The notes under the pieces: generated by a model
What the model saw: the letters and a program-made list of their open reading frames with translations, nothing else
Databases searched by the model: none
What the model was told of the DNA's origin: nothing
NCBI RefSeq assembly: GCF_009914755.1
Contig: NC_060925.1
From: the human T2T-CHM13v2.0 reference genome, Homo sapiens
Reading direction: 5' to 3' (one strand)
DNA length: 64,000 nucleotides
Shown here: positions 61,701-64,000 of the stretch, in pieces
Position numbering within the stretch: position 1 is the stretch's first letter
Layout: every line of letters starts with the position of its first letter
Program-made: the position numbers and the translations under genes

Positions 61701-63109
61701 TGCATTTTTGTTTTAAAATGCAAATGATACAGTAGTTAAAATTCTTATTGTTCAGGTATATTAAATTTTCTGTATTTTTTGGGACATACTAAATTTAAAT
61801 TAGCAAAACAGGATTCAGGAAAAGTAGACAAGAATAATTAAGTATTTTCCATTAGAGAATTATGATGGATAAAAGATTAATAACTCTTTTAAGACAAAAT
61901 TCTTTAAAGATTTCCTTTTGAATTGCAATCTGTAAAAAAAAAAAAAAAATCTTGTATTGCATTGCAATTCAACACATTATTTCTTCCTGTTGCTATAGAA
62001 ACTAATTCTGGTGCAGCTGTGATTGCTAATCAAAATTCTAACATTATACAACCTTTTCCCCCTTAGTATTTCATTTTATTTTTAGTTACAAAATAATAAA
62101 TTTCAATGGTAAGTTCATAACAATGGTCAAAACATTAATGCAAAGATTTTTTAAAATGTAAGCCCTTTCCTTTGAAAATAAGGAGGTATTCTTACTGTGT
62201 AGTTTCAATATGAATAACAAGAAAACAAAGCATTTTAGCTGAATTACAAAGGTCTATAATTGCTGTATTACATCAACATTGTGAAGCACTTAACTGCTTC
62301 ATAATCCTAAATTGCTACTATTTCAACCATCTATTTTTGAAGTGTCTGGTTATTTGGTATTATAAAAATGAAAAAATAAAAAAAATCCTCAGAATGCCTG
62401 AAGTCTTTTAACACAAAATGGGAGTGAAACTTCCTTATTGTTTTATCTTCAAAGAATTGATATCACATCCCCAATTTATGTCATAAGTAAAAGCTAATTA
62501 GTTCTCATTCTTGCCTTTATTGATATATACTCCCCAACAAACTGTACTGTTAACATCATCCAATATAGTCCATGTATGTTTTACAGGCCAGAATGGAGTT
62601 ATGTTTTGGGTTTTTGTTTTTGTTTTTTTTTGTCTTTCTAAAATCATTTGTTCTTTTCTACTTCATAAAACAAATATAAAAACAAATCACCAATTTATAC
62701 ACAACAAAAAATGTATTCTGTCTCTATGTATATACACATTCAACAGGCCTTAAGCTGAATCTAAAATAAAATCTTTGGTATGTGTTATAGTATCAATTAT
62801 GGTATGTTATTTGCATATACTATCACAAAGCTTTAATTTGGTATATCAAGAAAACAGATGAAATTTATTATTTCAAGTTGTTGATTGAGTTTAATAAAAA
62901 CTCAGATGTAAAAACATAACATTTTTTATGGTTTAACAGGGTAGACTGTGTCCAAAATTAATCTGAAAACAAATTTAGAAGTTCCATGGCCTTTTCTCAA
63001 GAACACTAAATAAAAAATGAAAAATACAAATCTAATTTATCTATCCTTTCTGAGCCTCACCTACCTCAGGGGGTTACTGTATTGATTAATGCTAATATGA
63101 TCACTATAA

Positions 63110-63350
63110 TAACAACTAAATTTACCGACACTATGAAGCACTGCGCAAAGCACTTAAAACATTAACTGAGTTAATCTTCAAAAATTACAATAAGGTTGAT
63201 GCTATTACAATTCCTGATTTACAGATGAGCAAATAAAATCATCAGAGATGTAAATAAGTTGTCCACAGTCACATAGCTAGTGAATGGAAGAGGTAGAATT
63301 AGAACCAGGTAGTCTAATACCAAAACCCACATTCTTAGCTCCTGTTAAGT
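63110..63350 (-). mobile_element. MIR SINE
   Basis: gatttacagatgagcaaat...gtaaataagttgtccacagtcacatagctagt MIR core. Confidence 0.65.
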
Positions 63351-63598
63351 ACTGTATAGACCATAAATTATTATATGAGCATAAGGTATTGATACAAACA
63401 TAGGCACTCTGTCACCCAACTGCTGCCCTAAAATTTACATTGTTTATTAATAATGTTGGAAGAGGTATACTTCACTCTGTAAAAAAATTTCTGTTAGGAT
63501 GTTCTCAGGTGACTACAGTCCCAATTCTGTAAATTCTTTACTGTCGGAAGAAAATGCCCTCAGAAAGCAATACATTTTTTCCCAACTCTCCATAATAG

Positions 63599-64000
63599 TG
63601 AAATGGGAAAAGTTCCCTTGTCCCCCTCTCAGGGCGTGTGATGGTGGTGTGGATTGCTTCTTCAGTGCCCCGCTACTCAAACCTCTAGGGGAGCATACAG
63701 ACTGGCAGGCTGTGGGGCTCTGACCCCATGGCAGTGTCTAGAGATGAATGTTTACAACTGAAGCCCCAGTGGGCATGTGTTACAGGGTGCTCTTTTAGTT
63801 TAGCCATCCATAGGCGGCTTGTGTTAGTCAGCTCAATTAGACCCCTGCCTTATCGCAAGGACAGAGAGCTTTCTGTATCCCAGGGTTCTTGCCTTAGTGT
63901 ACTGGAAGAATCAGATTACACGTGGGCTTGGAGAATGAGTACAAGGTTTTATTGAGCGCAAGTAGCTCTCAGCAGATGGGATAGCCAGAAGGGAGATGGT
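63599..64000 (-). mobile_element. MER50-like ERV1 LTR, truncated by the window end
   Basis: tgaaatgggaaaagttcccttgtccccct...ggttttattgag matches the recalled MER50 terminus; antisense poly(A) signal. Confidence 0.7.

Overview
Primate (most likely human) genomic DNA from within the synaptotagmin-14 (SYT14) gene on the + strand. Two canonical phase-1/phase-1 coding exons are present: the transmembrane exon (2556-2720) and the next linker exon (9961-10176). The exon I recall as next (GNCIQRMRR...) is not in the window, so everything after 10176 is one intron of more than 53 kb. It is filled with Alu, L1 (PA/PB/MB/older), L2, MIR, MaLR (THE1, MST), ERV LTR and DNA-transposon relics. The main highlight is a repeat-free 369-codon ORF (4927-6036) between the two exons. 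It has a strong Kozak ATG, an in-frame stop just upstream, and a phase-1 donor at 6022/6023 that joins the 9961 exon in frame. It predicts a SYT14 isoform whose transmembrane anchor is replaced by a long ALPS-like amphipathic helix plus a roughly 310-aa polar, Cys-dotted spacer. A strong acceptor at 4606/4607 could make the same transcript also encode a TM-only peptide. Other observations include a candidate recursive splice site, closely spaced inverted Alu pairs, an L1 3' transduction in a triple-nested insertion, overlapping alternative hairpins and candidate poison/micro-exons. Gene identity and repeat subfamily names come from recall of consensus sequences, not from database searches.
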